64,000 nucleotides of DNA. Source: an uncultured Gammaproteobacteria bacterium (GTDB lineage Bacteria; Patescibacteriota; Patescibacteriia; 2-01-FULL-39-33). Location of the stretch: contig CAZEKG010000003.1 of the NCBI GenBank assembly GCA_964512625.1, forward strand, positions 22,953-86,952. Direction: 5' to 3'. Below the pieces are notes generated by a model. That model was not told the origin of the DNA. It did no database searches and worked only from the letters and a program-made list of their open reading frames with translations. Below are positions 1 to 10,235 of this stretch, piece by piece (the first letter of the stretch is position 1; every line of letters begins with the position of its first letter). The translations under genes and the position numbers were made by a program.

Positions 1-1385
1 ATAGAAGTATTAAAAGAAAAGCTAATATGAAACAACTAATAAAAAAAGTAACTCCCGGTTTTATTTTTCCTCTTTATCATAAATCCATGGCTATCTTGGC
101 TAATCTTTATTATAGACGGCCATCGGAAGAGTTGATTGTTATCGGCGTAACTGGAACTAACGGTAAGTCCTCGACTGTCAATCTTATTGCTCGGATATTA
201 GAGGAGGCCGGCTATAAAGTCGGGGCGACCGCTACCAATCTTTTTAAGATTGCCGATCGGGAATGGGTTAATGATAAAAAGATGACCATGCTTGGCCGGT
301 TTGCGCTCCAAGGCTTATTAAGAAAAATGGTTAAGGCTGGTTGCGCTTACGCGGTTATTGAAACTTCCTCTCAAGGCGTTGAGCAGTTCCGCCATTTAGG
401 TATTCATTATGACGCTTGCGTCTTTACTAATCTTACTCCCGAGCATATCGAGGCTCATGGCGGGTTTGAGAATTATAAAAAAGCGAAACTGAAATTATTC
501 AAGCATTTAGAGAAGCTGTCTAACAAGTCTTTTAGAAAAAAATTAATTCCTAAAGCGATTATTGTTAATGGCGACGACGAGCATGCTAAAGATTTTTTGG
601 ATTTCAGGGTTGACAAGAAGATAGCTTATTCAGTTACTAGTTATCAGTTACCAGTTACTAGTGGATTACAAAAAATCTCGGCGGAAAATATTGAATACGG
701 CGTAAGCGGAATCAGCTTTGAAGTTAATGATGTGAAATTCAATATTCATCTTTTCGGGCAATTTAATATTTATAACGCCTTAGCGGCAATTACGACAGCA
801 ATTTCCCAGGGTATCAACTTAGAGACTTGCAAAACGGCGCTGGAGAAAGTTAAAGGCGTTCCGGGCAGGATGGAATTTATTGAGGAGGGTTCCGGCGATC
901 AGGCTTTTACAGTCGTTGTTGATTATGGTTATGAACCGGAAGGTTTAAGGCAGGTTTTTAAAACTATAAAAGATCATAAATTGGTTTTAGAGAATGGAAG
1001 AATAATCCATGTCTTCGGTTCCTGCGGCGGCGGCCGGGATGTTTCGCGCCGGCCGATAATGGGTAAGTTATCAGCTGAAAATGCCGATATCTGTATTGTA
1101 GCTAATGAAGACCCTTATGATGATGATCCATTGGAAATTATCGAACAGGTGGCGAAGGGCGCCGAGGAAGCCGGAAAAATCCTTAATGAAAACTTATTTA
1201 AGATTATGGATCGGCGCGAAGCGATTAACTTCGCAATCAGTCTAGCTAAGCCAGGAGATTTAGTCCTTTTGACAGGCAAGGGTAATGAGCAAGTTATTTG
1301 CGTTGCTAACGATCAGAAAATAAAATGGGATGAGCGGGAAGTGGCGAGAGAAGAATTAAGAAAAATAAAAACCCTTACTCGGTAA
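1..1385 (+). CDS. murE: Mur ligase family protein (MurE-like UDP-MurNAc-tripeptide synthetase); reading frame open to window start, probably 5' partial
   Basis: GVTGTNGKSST P-loop, ETSSQG, FTNLTPEHIEAHG and NEDPYDDDP motifs are typical of Mur ligases. The P-loop lies only ~42 aa after the first in-window Met, which suggests the N-terminal domain starts upstream of the window. Confidence 0.7.
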   Translation, partial: RSIKRKANMKQLIKKVTPGFIFPLYHKSMAILANLYYRRPSEELIVIGVTGTNGKSSTVNLIARILEEAGYKVGATATNLFKIADREWVNDKKMTMLGRFALQGLLRKMVKAGCAYAVIETSSQGVEQFRHLGIHYDACVFTNLTPEHIEAHGGFENYKKAKLKLFKHLEKLSNKSFRKKLIPKAIIVNGDDEHAKDFLDFRVDKKIAYSVTSYQLPVTSGLQKISAENIEYGVSGISFEVNDVKFNIHLFGQFNIYNALAAITTAISQGINLETCKTALEKVKGVPGRMEFIEEGSGDQAFTVVVDYGYEPEGLRQVFKTIKDHKLVLENGRIIHVFGSCGGGRDVSRRPIMGKLSAENADICIVANEDPYDDDPLEIIEQVAKGAEEAGKILNENLFKIMDRREAINFAISLAKPGDLVLLTGKGNEQVICVANDQKIKWDEREVAREELRKIKTLTR

Positions 1386-1394
1386 GGGTCGGGA

Positions 1395-1937
1395 TTAGAC
1401 TCGGATTTTTCTCGGGTCTATTTGGAGATTCTCAGCATTGATCAGTTCGCTGATTTTCGACAGCGCTCTCGCGATGCCGCCAAAGTTAAGATATGATTCC
1501 ACACTGTCGCTAACGCCGGCGATGAGATTCCCGAGTTGATGGCACTCAGTAATCCTCTTCTGAGGGTCTTGATCGTCAAGGAAGCCGAGCGTTTTAGCTT
1601 CCGCTCTTTCCTCTTCCAAGATGGTCTCCTCCATGAAGTCTTCGGCGACTTCTGAGGCTTCTTGGAAATAGGCGGACTTGCTTAGTCGATCGTACATCCT
1701 TAGCTCCTGATCACGAAGCGCTCGGACGATCTTTTTGTTCAGGCCTAGCTTTTCCAGTTTGTCGATGGCTCGATGGAGCTGGTATAAGTCGATGGTCAGG
1801 TGACAGACGATATCGTAACTGTTTAGCCATTCGTAGATGATTTTATTCACAGGGCAATCTCCTAAGTTAAGGATGATGCGGTAATTGGTTGAAGGTACTC
1901 TAAATCTAAACTTACCCAGAGAATGTAATAATGTCAA
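1395..1937 (-). CDS. hypothetical protein on a GC-rich wedge between murE and rlmH
   Basis: Intact 180-aa ORF with clearly higher GC than its flanks. It has <=10 nt to the neighbouring genes on both sides, so its promoter would have to lie inside rlmH. It has no recognisable domain (weak HD-like LHRAID). Confidence 0.35.
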   Translation of the reverse strand: MTLLHSLGKFRFRVPSTNYRIILNLGDCPVNKIIYEWLNSYDIVCHLTIDLYQLHRAIDKLEKLGLNKKIVRALRDQELRMYDRLSKSAYFQEASEVAEDFMEETILEEERAEAKTLGFLDDQDPQKRITECHQLGNLIAGVSDSVESYLNFGGIARALSKISELINAENLQIDPRKIRV

Positions 1938-1947
1938 TCATAAAATT

Positions 1948-2415
1948 ATGCTAAATATAAAAATCGTGACTATTGGCCGGATCAAGGAAGCCGACTTCCA
2001 AACAATGGAAGGGGAATATTTGAAGCGCCTTAAGCCTTATGCCAAAATTGAAATTAGCGAGCTTAAGGCGGAGTCTTTTACTGATTCGACTAGGTTAAAG
2101 GCTAAGTCGGCCGAAGGGGAACGGCTTTTAGCGGCTTTAGCTAGTTACTCTAAGAGCCAGGTTTGGCTTTTAACGGAATTCGGTCAGGAGTTTGATTCTA
2201 TTGGTTTTTCGGAATTGATGAAAAAGAGCTTTCAAGAGCCCTTAGTTTTAGTTCTTGCCGGGACCTTAGGCTTCGATCAGGCGGTTTTAGAAGCTTATTC
2301 TAATCACTTGGCGCTCTCTAAACTGACTTTTACTCATGAAATGGCTCGGGTTATTCTTTTAGAGCAAGTTTATCGTTCCGCCACTATTATCAACGACAAA
2401 AGCTATCATTACTAG
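1948..2415 (+). CDS. rlmH: 23S rRNA (pseudouridine1915-N3)-methyltransferase RlmH (SPOUT family)
   Basis: ~155-aa protein starting MLNIKIVTIGRIK with the YbeA/RlmH architecture. Start chosen at the internal ATG matching the family N-terminus. Confidence 0.8.
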   Translation: MLNIKIVTIGRIKEADFQTMEGEYLKRLKPYAKIEISELKAESFTDSTRLKAKSAEGERLLAALASYSKSQVWLLTEFGQEFDSIGFSELMKKSFQEPLVLVLAGTLGFDQAVLEAYSNHLALSKLTFTHEMARVILLEQVYRSATIINDKSYHY

Positions 2416-2525
2416 TTGAAAAAATAAAACTTAAAAAATATCTAAAATAGGCTAAAATATAAAAATAGCCTATTTTATTTTGTCTTATTTTAGCTAAAAA
2501 AATCGTAAAAATGGGGCTTCGACCA

Positions 2526-2554
2526 TTGACTAAAATCATAAAATTTGCTATAAT
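2526..2554 (+). promoter_or_regulatory. sigma70-type promoter TTGACT-N17-TATAAT, followed by ~85-nt GC-rich leader
   Basis: TTGACT at 2526-2531, 17-nt spacer, TATAAT at 2549-2554; upstream of the 3D-domain gene. Confidence 0.6.
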
Positions 2555-2637
2555 GGTTAGTCCGGTTAAAGGCCGCTTAGTCAGTGGCCGTTGAGGGCTT
2601 AAACTCCCGAAAACTGGGCTAAACAACAACATTTAAT

Positions 2638-3207
2638 ATGTTCAACAAAAACAAGAGAATTATTGGGGGAATCATCGCCGTTTTCGTTTTCCAATTGCTC
2701 TTTCCGCAGTATTCTTATGCTCACGAGCTTACTTCTTCGGAAGTCGGTTTGAAAAAAAGCAATAAGAGTATGGCTAATTTAGTCCAGCCTATTATGTTTG
2801 ATGCCGTTAAAGGCGCTTCAACTGATTCAGTCAAGATGGCTGAAGTGGGTAAGGCTGAAGAAATTACAGCAGTTAACAATCAAAAAACTAACGATAATCA
2901 GGAATATAAAGTCGTAAAAACCGTTAATGTTTCTATGACTGCCTATTCTTCAACTGTTGACCAATGTGATGATGATCCGTTTACGACGGCTCATGGCACC
3001 AAGGTTAGAGACGGTATCGTGGCGGCTAACTTCTTACCTTTTCATACCAAAGTCAGAATCCCCGAATTATTCGGCGATAAGATTTTTGAAGTAGAGGATA
3101 GGATGAATAGCCGTTATACCAATCGAGTTGATATTTGGATGACTACTCGTCAGGAAGCTTTAAGCTTTGGCGTTAGGCGTTCAGTAACTATTGAGGTTTT
3201 AGAGTAA
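2638..3207 (+). CDS. secreted 3D-domain (MltA/YabE-like double-psi beta-barrel) cell-wall protein
   Basis: N-terminal signal/TM segment; C-terminal DDDPFTTAHGTKVRDGIVAANFLPF...DRMNSRYTNRVDIWM with three conserved Asp, typical of the 3D domain. Confidence 0.65.
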   Translation: MFNKNKRIIGGIIAVFVFQLLFPQYSYAHELTSSEVGLKKSNKSMANLVQPIMFDAVKGASTDSVKMAEVGKAEEITAVNNQKTNDNQEYKVVKTVNVSMTAYSSTVDQCDDDPFTTAHGTKVRDGIVAANFLPFHTKVRIPELFGDKIFEVEDRMNSRYTNRVDIWMTTRQEALSFGVRRSVTIEVLE

Positions 3208-3262
3208 AACTAATATAAAACTTAAAATCCCGCCTAGGCGGGATTTTAAGTTTTTCAAAATG

Positions 3263-3334
3263 AGGTCACGGCCGGATTTGAACCGGCGCATAGCGGTTTT
3301 GCAGACCGCTGCCTTACCACTTGGCTACGTGACC
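3263..3334 (-). tRNA. tRNA-Cys (GCA)
   Basis: Manual cloverleaf: acceptor GGTCACG/CGTGACC, anticodon stem GCGGT/ACCGC with loop CTGCAAA, T-arm GCCGG-TTCAAAT-CCGGC, discriminator U. Confidence 0.8.
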
Positions 3335-3451
3335 ACTTGTTTAGCAATATTATCAGAATTGAGGGAATATTTCAATACGCCCCTTGATTTTATTAGAATT
3401 TTATTGTAAAGTAAAGCCAACTTGTTTGCGATTAATACCTAATAAAACTTC

Positions 3452-5431
3452 ATGAATGTTTCAGAGCTGGCTCGACAATTAAAGATTACAACCAATGAAT
3501 TGCTGGAAAAAGCGCCGCAACTCGGTTTTGATATTGGAAGAAGAGCTATAAAAGTTGATGATCGGATAGCTCGCAAGATCATGGATGCCTGGAAGAAGAA
3601 ATCAAAGACTGATCGGGAAATGTCCCGTATTGCTGAGATTAGAGGCGAGGGTAATAAAGAAGAAGTTAATCAGGAAGAAGTTAAACAATTAGAAGTCGAA
3701 GTGCCGTCTATTATTGTCGTTCGCGAGTTTGCCGCTCTTTTAAATGTACCTGTCAATAAAGTTCTAATTCAATTAATGAAGAACGGCGTTCTAACTTCCA
3801 TGAATGAAAGAATAGATTTTGATACCGCTTCCATTATTGGTGAAGAGCTTGGTTTTAAGATTTTGGAAAAGGGCTCTATTAACAGCGAGGAAGCAATCGA
3901 TGAATCTCAGGAAAAATTAAAAAATATCTTAAGCAATAAAGAAGGCAATCTAATTGAGCGTCCCCCCGTTATTGTTGTTATGGGCCACGTCGATCATGGT
4001 AAGACAAAAATCCTTGATGCGATTAGAAAAGCGGATGTCGTTTCAACTGAATCCGGCGGTATAACACAACATATCGGTGCTTATCAAATCCGTAAGAATA
4101 ATCGTTTAATGACTTTTATCGATACGCCAGGCCATGAAGCTTTTACGGCTATGCGTTCTCGTGGCGCTCGTGTCGCGGATGTAGCGATTCTTGTCGTGGC
4201 CGCTGATGATGGCGTTCAGCCTCAAACTAAGGAAGCGATTAAGATCATTCAAGACGCTGGTTTGCCTTTTGTAGTTGCTATCAATAAGATTGATAAGCCG
4301 GAAGCTAATACAGAAAAGACTAAACAGGACTTATCAGCGCTCGGCTTACTGCCGGAGGATTGGGGCGGAGAAACGATTTGTATGCCGGTTTCAGCTAAGG
4401 AAGGTACGGGTATTAATGATTTATTAGAAACAGTTTTATTGGTAGCAGATTTAAATAAGGATACTTTAATGACTGATCCCGATCGCTTGGCTATCGGAAC
4501 GATTATTGAATCCCACATTGATAAGGGCGAAGGTCCGGTGGCGACGATTCTTGTCCAAAGCGGTACTTTAAGAGTTGGCGATGTTTTATGTCTTAAAGAA
4601 AGTTTTTGCGGCAAGGTTAGAATGCTTAAGGATTATAAGGGAGAACAAGTACTTGAGGCATCTCCAGGAACTCCGGCTAAGATTCTTGGTCTTAAGTTGG
4701 CGCCGGAAGTCGGAAGCGTTATGGAAGCCTCCGGAGACATTAAAAAGCTTAATCGCGATATCGAGGATAAAAGGACGAAGTTCGGAACGGATATTTCCCT
4801 TAAGACTTTCGGCAATGAGAGTGACAGCGATAAGATCAAAGCTATAAATCTTATCATTAAGGCTGATGTGCTTGGCTCTTTAGAGGCGATTCTTGAAAGC
4901 TTAGCTAAGTTGGAAACTGATATTATTAAAATAAAAATTATCGGTAAAGGACTTGGTCTTATTACTGAATCAGATATCGCTAAAGCGGAAGTTTCAAACG
5001 CCAAGGTTATCGGCTTCCATGTTAAGCCGAGCGTTGCCGTATCTAATTTAGCTCGCGATAAGAAAGTAGAAATAAAGCAATACGCCGTTATTTATCATTT
5101 GATTGAGGATATTAAAGGAGAAATGGAAACTATGGAAGTTAAAGAGTCGGTTAAGAAGTTAGTTGGAACCCTTAAAGTCCTTAAGATTTTCCGTAAAGAA
5201 ACCAATAGCATGATTGTCGGCGGTCGAGTCGAGGAGGGTCATATTGTTCCGACAGACACAGTTATTATTGTCAGGGATTCGAAAGCGGTTGCTTCCGGAA
5301 AAGTTAAGCGGATCGAATCAGGCAAGCAGCAAACCGAAAGAGTCTCTTCCGGTCAAGAGTGCGGTTTAGGCTTTGAAGGTAAGGCGATTATCGAAGAGGG
5401 CGATATGATAGAATTTTATATTGACGAATAA
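3452..5431 (+). CDS. infB: translation initiation factor IF-2
   Basis: GHVDHGKT G1 motif, [13 protein letters not shown]; 659 aa with the typical IF-2 domain order. Confidence 0.95.
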   Translation: MNVSELARQLKITTNELLEKAPQLGFDIGRRAIKVDDRIARKIMDAWKKKSKTDREMSRIAEIRGEGNKEEVNQEEVKQLEVEVPSIIVVREFAALLNVPVNKVLIQLMKNGVLTSMNERIDFDTASIIGEELGFKILEKGSINSEEAIDESQEKLKNILSNKEGNLIERPPVIVVMGHVDHGKTKILDAIRKADVVSTESGGITQHIGAYQIRKNNRLMTFIDTPGHEAFTAMRSRGARVADVAILVVAADDGVQPQTKEAIKIIQDAGLPFVVAINKIDKPEANTEKTKQDLSALGLLPEDWGGETICMPVSAKEGTGINDLLETVLLVADLNKDTLMTDPDRLAIGTIIESHIDKGEGPVATILVQSGTLRVGDVLCLKESFCGKVRMLKDYKGEQVLEASPGTPAKILGLKLAPEVGSVMEASGDIKKLNRDIEDKRTKFGTDISLKTFGNESDSDKIKAINLIIKADVLGSLEAILESLAKLETDIIKIKIIGKGLGLITESDIAKAEVSNAKVIGFHVKPSVAVSNLARDKKVEIKQYAVIYHLIEDIKGEMETMEVKESVKKLVGTLKVLKIFRKETNSMIVGGRVEEGHIVPTDTVIIVRDSKAVASGKVKRIESGKQQTERVSSGQECGLGFEGKAIIEEGDMIEFYIDE

Positions 5432-5432
5432 T

Positions 5433-5768
5433 ATGAGCGAGAGAACCATAAAAGTAGCCGAGTTGGTAAAAGAAACTTTAGGCCGGCTGATTATCCGGGA
5501 AATTGAATTTCCGTTAGGCGTTATTGTAACTATAACTAAAGTTAATGTCTCTCCCGATCTTCGCTTAGCTAAGATTTATTTAAGTATTATGCCGGTCGCT
5601 CAAGAAAGGGAAGCGATGAAGATCTTAATCAATGAGGCTAAGAATTTAAGGCATTTGCTCGGCCAAGAGATCGTCCTTCGCGCGACACCTCAGTTAAGGT
5701 TTTTTATTGACGAAGGTGAACGAAAGGCGACGGAAATTAACGAGTTGTTGGATAATTTGAAATATTAA
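5433..5768 (+). CDS. rbfA: ribosome-binding factor A
   Basis: MSERTIKVAELVKETLGRLI... is the RbfA family N-terminus; ATG lies 2 nt after the infB stop. Confidence 0.9.
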   Translation: MSERTIKVAELVKETLGRLIIREIEFPLGVIVTITKVNVSPDLRLAKIYLSIMPVAQEREAMKILINEAKNLRHLLGQEIVLRATPQLRFFIDEGERKATEINELLDNLKY

Positions 5769-5850
5769 TTTATTATATTGCATTAATTAAAGAGAGCCGG
5801 GAGGCTCTTTTTAGGTTGACATTTTACTCTTAATCAGCTAGACTGAAGGA

Positions 5851-6828
5851 TTGGAATTTAAAGAGATTATGTTGGAAAACAGTTTTAAAAATTTAAAAGC
5901 GGTTTTGGATAAAAGCGAGAAGCTGCTTCTTATTAGTCATAGAGGACCGGACGGCGACGCTTGCGGTTCGCTTTTAGCGATGAGAAATTATCTTGATAGC
6001 TTAGGTAAAAAAACCGCTATCTATACTTTTGATAAGCCGTCAGAAAATTATAACTTCCTGCCCGGCCTCGAATTGATTGAAGACAATCCGAAGATTCTTG
6101 AGGAGGAGTTCGATATCATTTTCTTTTTTGACGCTAGTGATTTAACTCATACAGGTACGGAGGCTTATTTTTATGATGGTTTTAAGAAGGCATTTTCTAT
6201 TTGCCTTGATCATCATTTCAGCAATAAGAGATTTACTGATCTTAATCTTATTGATGATAAGGCCAGTTCAACTTGCGAGCTTGTCGCGCGTTTTTTCAAA
6301 GCCGTTGATTATCAAGTTGATGCCAAAACTGCCACTTGTCTTTTAAACGGTATTTTAAGTGATACGGGCGGCTTTACTAACGGGGCGACTAATACCAAGT
6401 CGATGGAAATCGCGGCTGAGCTTATTCGCAGTGGCGCCAAGATGAGAAAAATCATGGATGCAGCTTTGAAGAATAAAACGCTAAGCAGTCTAAGGCTTTG
6501 GGGATTGATTCTTTCCCGTTTAAAGAAAAATAATAAGTATGATGTCGTCTATACTTATGTGACGGAAAACGATCTAAGGCTTTATCAGGCGGCAGAAAAA
6601 GATTTGGAAGGCTTTACTAAACTACTTAATGTTCTCTCCGGCGATAGTATGGTTATGTTTATCCAAATAAGTTATGACCGGGCCAGGTTCAGCTTAAGAA
6701 CGACTGGCAATAAGGTCGATGTCTCTAAATTTGCGTCTTTTTTCGGCGGCGGCGGCCATAAGAAGGCGGCTGGGTTTACTTTAAAGGCGGAAATTGTTGA
6801 AAAAGACGGGGGTTTGGTGGTAGTATAA
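5851..6828 (+). CDS. nrnA: DHH/DHHA1 phosphoesterase (NrnA-like oligoribonuclease/pAp phosphatase)
   Basis: HRGPDGDACGS and DHH-type N-domain plus C-terminal GGGGHKKAAG (DHHA1). TTG start at 5851 has a poorly spaced RBS; an ATG at 5869 is an alternative. Confidence 0.75.
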   Translation: MEFKEIMLENSFKNLKAVLDKSEKLLLISHRGPDGDACGSLLAMRNYLDSLGKKTAIYTFDKPSENYNFLPGLELIEDNPKILEEEFDIIFFFDASDLTHTGTEAYFYDGFKKAFSICLDHHFSNKRFTDLNLIDDKASSTCELVARFFKAVDYQVDAKTATCLLNGILSDTGGFTNGATNTKSMEIAAELIRSGAKMRKIMDAALKNKTLSSLRLWGLILSRLKKNNKYDVVYTYVTENDLRLYQAAEKDLEGFTKLLNVLSGDSMVMFIQISYDRARFSLRTTGNKVDVSKFASFFGGGGHKKAAGFTLKAEIVEKDGGLVVV

Positions 6829-7030
6829 TAGTATATTTACTTTTTCTTTTCTAGAAAAGAAAAAGCTAACAAAAAGAAAAGTCGTTCGCTGTAAAAAATC
6901 ATGGCCAAATTATTCGGCTTCGCTCCTGGAAATTATCTGACGCTCCGCTTGCGATAATTTCCTGTCGCTCTCGCCGAAAATTGGCACAATATTTTTTAAC
7001 GCTCACAATTCAATTCAATAAAATAACAAT

Positions 7031-7606
7031 ATGTATTTGATTCCAACCGTTTTAGAAAAGACCTCGATGGGAGAGCGGGCTTACGATATTTATTCGCGCC
7101 TTTTAAAGGATCGGATCATTTTTTTAGGCTCGCCGATTGACGATGCGGTTGCCAATACCGTTATCGCTCAGCTTTTATTTTTAGACAGCGAGGATAAGAA
7201 AACCGATATTAAGCTTTATATCAATTCTCCGGGCGGCTCGGTTTCGGCTGGTTTGGCGATTTACGATACTATGCAGTATGTTAAAGCTGATGTTTCGACG
7301 ATTTGTATCGGTTTAGCGGCGAGCATGGGGGCGGTTATTCTCGCCGGCGGCCAGCCGGGAAAAAGATCGGCTTTGCCAAATTCGGAAATCATGATTCATC
7401 AAGTCATGGGCGGAGCTGAAGGCCAGGCGAGCGATATTAAGATCCGCGCCGAACACATTTTAAAAGTTAAGAGCAAGCTCGATAAGATTTTAGTCAAGCA
7501 TACTAAGCGAACTCTTTCCCAAATTGAAAAAGATACTGATCGGGATTACTATATGTCGCCGGAAGAAGCGCTGACTTATGGCTTGATTGATAAGATTGTT
7601 AAGTAA
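7031..7606 (+). CDS. clpP: ATP-dependent Clp protease proteolytic subunit
   Basis: [20 protein letters not shown], catalytic GLAASMG Ser motif, MIHQ His. Confidence 0.95.
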   Translation: MYLIPTVLEKTSMGERAYDIYSRLLKDRIIFLGSPIDDAVANTVIAQLLFLDSEDKKTDIKLYINSPGGSVSAGLAIYDTMQYVKADVSTICIGLAASMGAVILAGGQPGKRSALPNSEIMIHQVMGGAEGQASDIKIRAEHILKVKSKLDKILVKHTKRTLSQIEKDTDRDYYMSPEEALTYGLIDKIVK

Positions 7607-7618
7607 TTACATTCTCAT

Positions 7619-7649
7619 TTAAAAATACCGGTTTAAGCCGGTATTTTTT
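7619..7649. terminator. bidirectional rho-independent terminator
   Basis: Hairpin ACCGGTTTAAGCCGGT flanked by A-run and T-run, between convergent clpP and the 7671..8357 gene. Confidence 0.6.
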
Positions 7650-7670
7650 TTTAAAATAAAAAACGGCTGA

Positions 7671-8357
7671 TTAGGCCGTTGGGTTTTTCGGAATCTGGAC
7701 TAGGGGAGGCGCTTGGATGAAAGCAAGTCCGAGGCTTATCTCGTCATAATTCGGATCGTCGGTGACTTCCATTAAGAAAGGAATATCCTTCGGTAGGGTA
7801 AAGTCGCTCGCCGCTTTTTCGTTTTCGAAATCGGCGCGGACGATCCAAAGCGCCTGCTTGTCTTCTAAAAGAAACTTGTCGAGGAAAAGGCCACCCGGCA
7901 ATATCCAGCGCACTCTGGTTAAAGCTTTAGCGCCCTCCTTGAGAGGATAGATATCCGCTTCTCTTGATAAGTCCTCGTAGAAACTCTTTTCCTTGATCCG
8001 GAGGAAGACTTGATTGCCACTAACCGATTCGATTAGGCCGAAGACTAGTCCCTCGACCTGTTTCAGGTCTTTAAGGCTGGCGGTTAGCGGAACCGGGAGG
8101 TCGCTTTGCTGGCAGACGGCTTTAAGGAAGCTGTCAGATATCGGAATCTCGACGGTCTCAACCTTCGGGTTGAGGTATTGGGTAGGCCGTCTTTTTACGG
8201 CCAAAAACCAATTATCGTTGTAGCGCCTCATCTCCAGCTTGTCTAGTTTTTCTTGCTCATAGGCATAGAGATAGACTGAGAGCCTAGCTATCTCCCGTTG
8301 TTTTAACTCTTCGGCTGTTTCACTATCAATACGAAAACTTCTTGTAAATCTTATCAT
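7671..8357 (-). CDS. hypothetical protein
   Basis: ORF trimmed to the ATG at 8357 (MIRFTRSF...). No recognisable motif. Confidence 0.45.
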   Translation of the reverse strand: MIRFTRSFRIDSETAEELKQREIARLSVYLYAYEQEKLDKLEMRRYNDNWFLAVKRRPTQYLNPKVETVEIPISDSFLKAVCQQSDLPVPLTASLKDLKQVEGLVFGLIESVSGNQVFLRIKEKSFYEDLSREADIYPLKEGAKALTRVRWILPGGLFLDKFLLEDKQALWIVRADFENEKAASDFTLPKDIPFLMEVTDDPNYDEISLGLAFIQAPPLVQIPKNPTA

Positions 8358-8456
8358 AGCCTCTTTTTCTCCTTGGTTAGAGGTCGAACGGTAAAGGTGC
8401 GTAAAAGACATTATATTAATAACAAAATAATCCCTAAATGTCAACTTCGGCTTGGA

Positions 8457-8485
8457 TTGACTGGCCAGCCTCATTATGGTAAGAT
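8457..8485 (+). promoter_or_regulatory. candidate promoter TTGACT-N17-TAAGAT with ~210-nt leader for rny
   Basis: -35 perfect, -10 4/6; inside a divergent intergenic region. Confidence 0.4.
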
Positions 8486-8697
8486 AAAGGCACATTAATA
8501 ATAAACAAACAAAGAGGAATTGGGACGGGAAAGATCGGGCTTGCCTTTTTGGAACGGAAAATAGACTTAAAATTGTGATTATATCTTCTCTATTTTATCT
8601 AAATTTAGGTAAATTTACTTTAACTCTTCAAGCTTAGCTTGTTTGGAGGTTTTTTGTTTGTCCGATCGCTCAAGCCTCTTTGGTAGAGGAAAAATAT

Positions 8698-10227
8698 ATG
8701 GATACGATACTGCTAGTTTTTGCAGCCGGGACTATTTTCCTGGTTTTTGGTGTTTTTTTAGGTTATTTAGCGAGAAAACAGTGGGCAACTAATCGTCAAG
8801 GTACGGTTGAGTCCACGATTGAAAAAATGTTGGCGGAAGCCAAAGCGAAGCAAAAGGAGATTCTTTTAGTCGCTCAAGAAAAATCCTTAAAGTTTCTTGA
8901 AGATGCTAAAGAGGAAGCTAAGCAATTAAGAAAAGAGACTGAGGAGGCAAAAAGAAGGCTGGAAAAGCGGGAATCGCTTTTTGATCAAAAATTGCTTGAT
9001 TTGGAAAATAAGAAACAGGAACTTATTGATAAGGGCGAGCGTATTAATAAGATGAAGGAGGAAATTGCCGCTATTAGGGAAGAGCAATTTGCCAAGTTAG
9101 AAAAAATTGCCGCCTTGACTAAGCCGGAAGCGGAAAAGATCTTAATGGATAATGTCGAGCGATCAATTTCCGAGAACTTGGTTCACAGGATCAATAAATT
9201 AGAAAACGAGGCTTCTGAGGAACTAGAAAAGAAAAGCAAGGAATTATTATCGACAGTTATCGAGCGCTGCGCTTCTTCGCATGCTCAGGAAACAACTTCT
9301 TCAGTTGTCGATCTTCCAAGTGATGAAATGAAAGGCAGGATTATCGGCCGAGAGGGTAGGAATATTAGGACGATCGAGCAATTGACCGGCGTCGAGATCA
9401 TTATTGATGATACGCCTAACGCCATTACTCTTTCTTCCTTCAGCCCGATTAGAAGACAAGTTGCTAAGAAAGCGATTGAGAAGCTTATTTTTGACGGAAG
9501 AATCCATCCGGCGAGAATCGAAGAAACAATTAACGAAGCGAAAAAAGAAATCGCTTTAGATATTAAGAAGGCTGGTGAAGCGGCAGTTTACGAACTTGGT
9601 ATTGCTGGGCTTGATCCTAAGTTGGTCCAAATCATTGGTCGCTTGAAATATCGAACTAGTTATGGTCAGAACATTTTAAACCATTCAATTGAGGTCGCTC
9701 ATCTTTCAACTTTATTAGCGGAAGAATTGGGGGCTAATATTGATGTAGTGAAAAAAGCCGGCTTACTTCATGACATTGGCAAGGCTGTTGACCATGAAAT
9801 CCAAGGCACTCATCCGGAAATTGGCCGTGATATCGCTAAGAAATTCGGTTTAAGCGAAGAGATTATCCTGCCGATCGTCGCTCATCATGAAGATCATCCG
9901 GGAAGCCTTGAGGCGGTTATCGTTAAGATCGCTGATGCTATTTCAGGCGCTAGGCCGGGAGCGAGAAAAGATTCTTATGAAAATTATTTACAGCGCTTAA
10001 GTGAGTTAGAAAGAATTGCTAAGACTTTCGACGGAGTTGATAAAGTTTATGCCATTCAAGCCGGAAGAGAAGTTCGAGTCTTTGTTAACCCTGATGGCGT
10101 TGATGATTTAGGTTCGATTAAATTAGCTAAGGCGGTAGCAGAAAAAATAGAATCAGAATTGAAATATCCGGGAGAAATTAAAGTTAATGTTATTCGAGAA
10201 AAGCGTGTTGTCGAATACGCTAGATAA
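8698..10227 (+). CDS. rny: ribonuclease Y
   Basis: N-terminal TM helix, coiled-coil, KH domain (GRIIGREGRNIRTIEQLTGV) and HD domain (LLHDIGKAVDHE...HHEDHPGS). ATG at 8698 preceded by GAGG; a TTG at 8680 is also possible. Confidence 0.9.
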   Translation: MDTILLVFAAGTIFLVFGVFLGYLARKQWATNRQGTVESTIEKMLAEAKAKQKEILLVAQEKSLKFLEDAKEEAKQLRKETEEAKRRLEKRESLFDQKLLDLENKKQELIDKGERINKMKEEIAAIREEQFAKLEKIAALTKPEAEKILMDNVERSISENLVHRINKLENEASEELEKKSKELLSTVIERCASSHAQETTSSVVDLPSDEMKGRIIGREGRNIRTIEQLTGVEIIIDDTPNAITLSSFSPIRRQVAKKAIEKLIFDGRIHPARIEETINEAKKEIALDIKKAGEAAVYELGIAGLDPKLVQIIGRLKYRTSYGQNILNHSIEVAHLSTLLAEELGANIDVVKKAGLLHDIGKAVDHEIQGTHPEIGRDIAKKFGLSEEIILPIVAHHEDHPGSLEAVIVKIADAISGARPGARKDSYENYLQRLSELERIAKTFDGVDKVYAIQAGREVRVFVNPDGVDDLGSIKLAKAVAEKIESELKYPGEIKVNVIREKRVVEYAR

Positions 10228-10235
10228 TTTAGTAT

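Noticed and set aside
2390-2632. 80-aa minus-strand ORF in the rlmH / 3D-gene intergenic region
   Set aside because: It overlaps the terminator hairpin and the strong plus-strand promoter. Its translation is hydrophobic low-complexity from AT-rich DNA.
4249-5004. ORFs 4249..4614(-), 4575..4847(+), 4633..5004(-) inside infB
   Set aside because: They lie antisense or out of frame within a confidently identified, highly conserved gene. Low-complexity translations; no RBS.
6980-7010. Sigma-54-like TGGCAC-N5-TTTT upstream of clpP
   Set aside because: The -12 element is TTTT rather than TTGC, and there is no nearby enhancer-binding protein context. This is probably coincidental.
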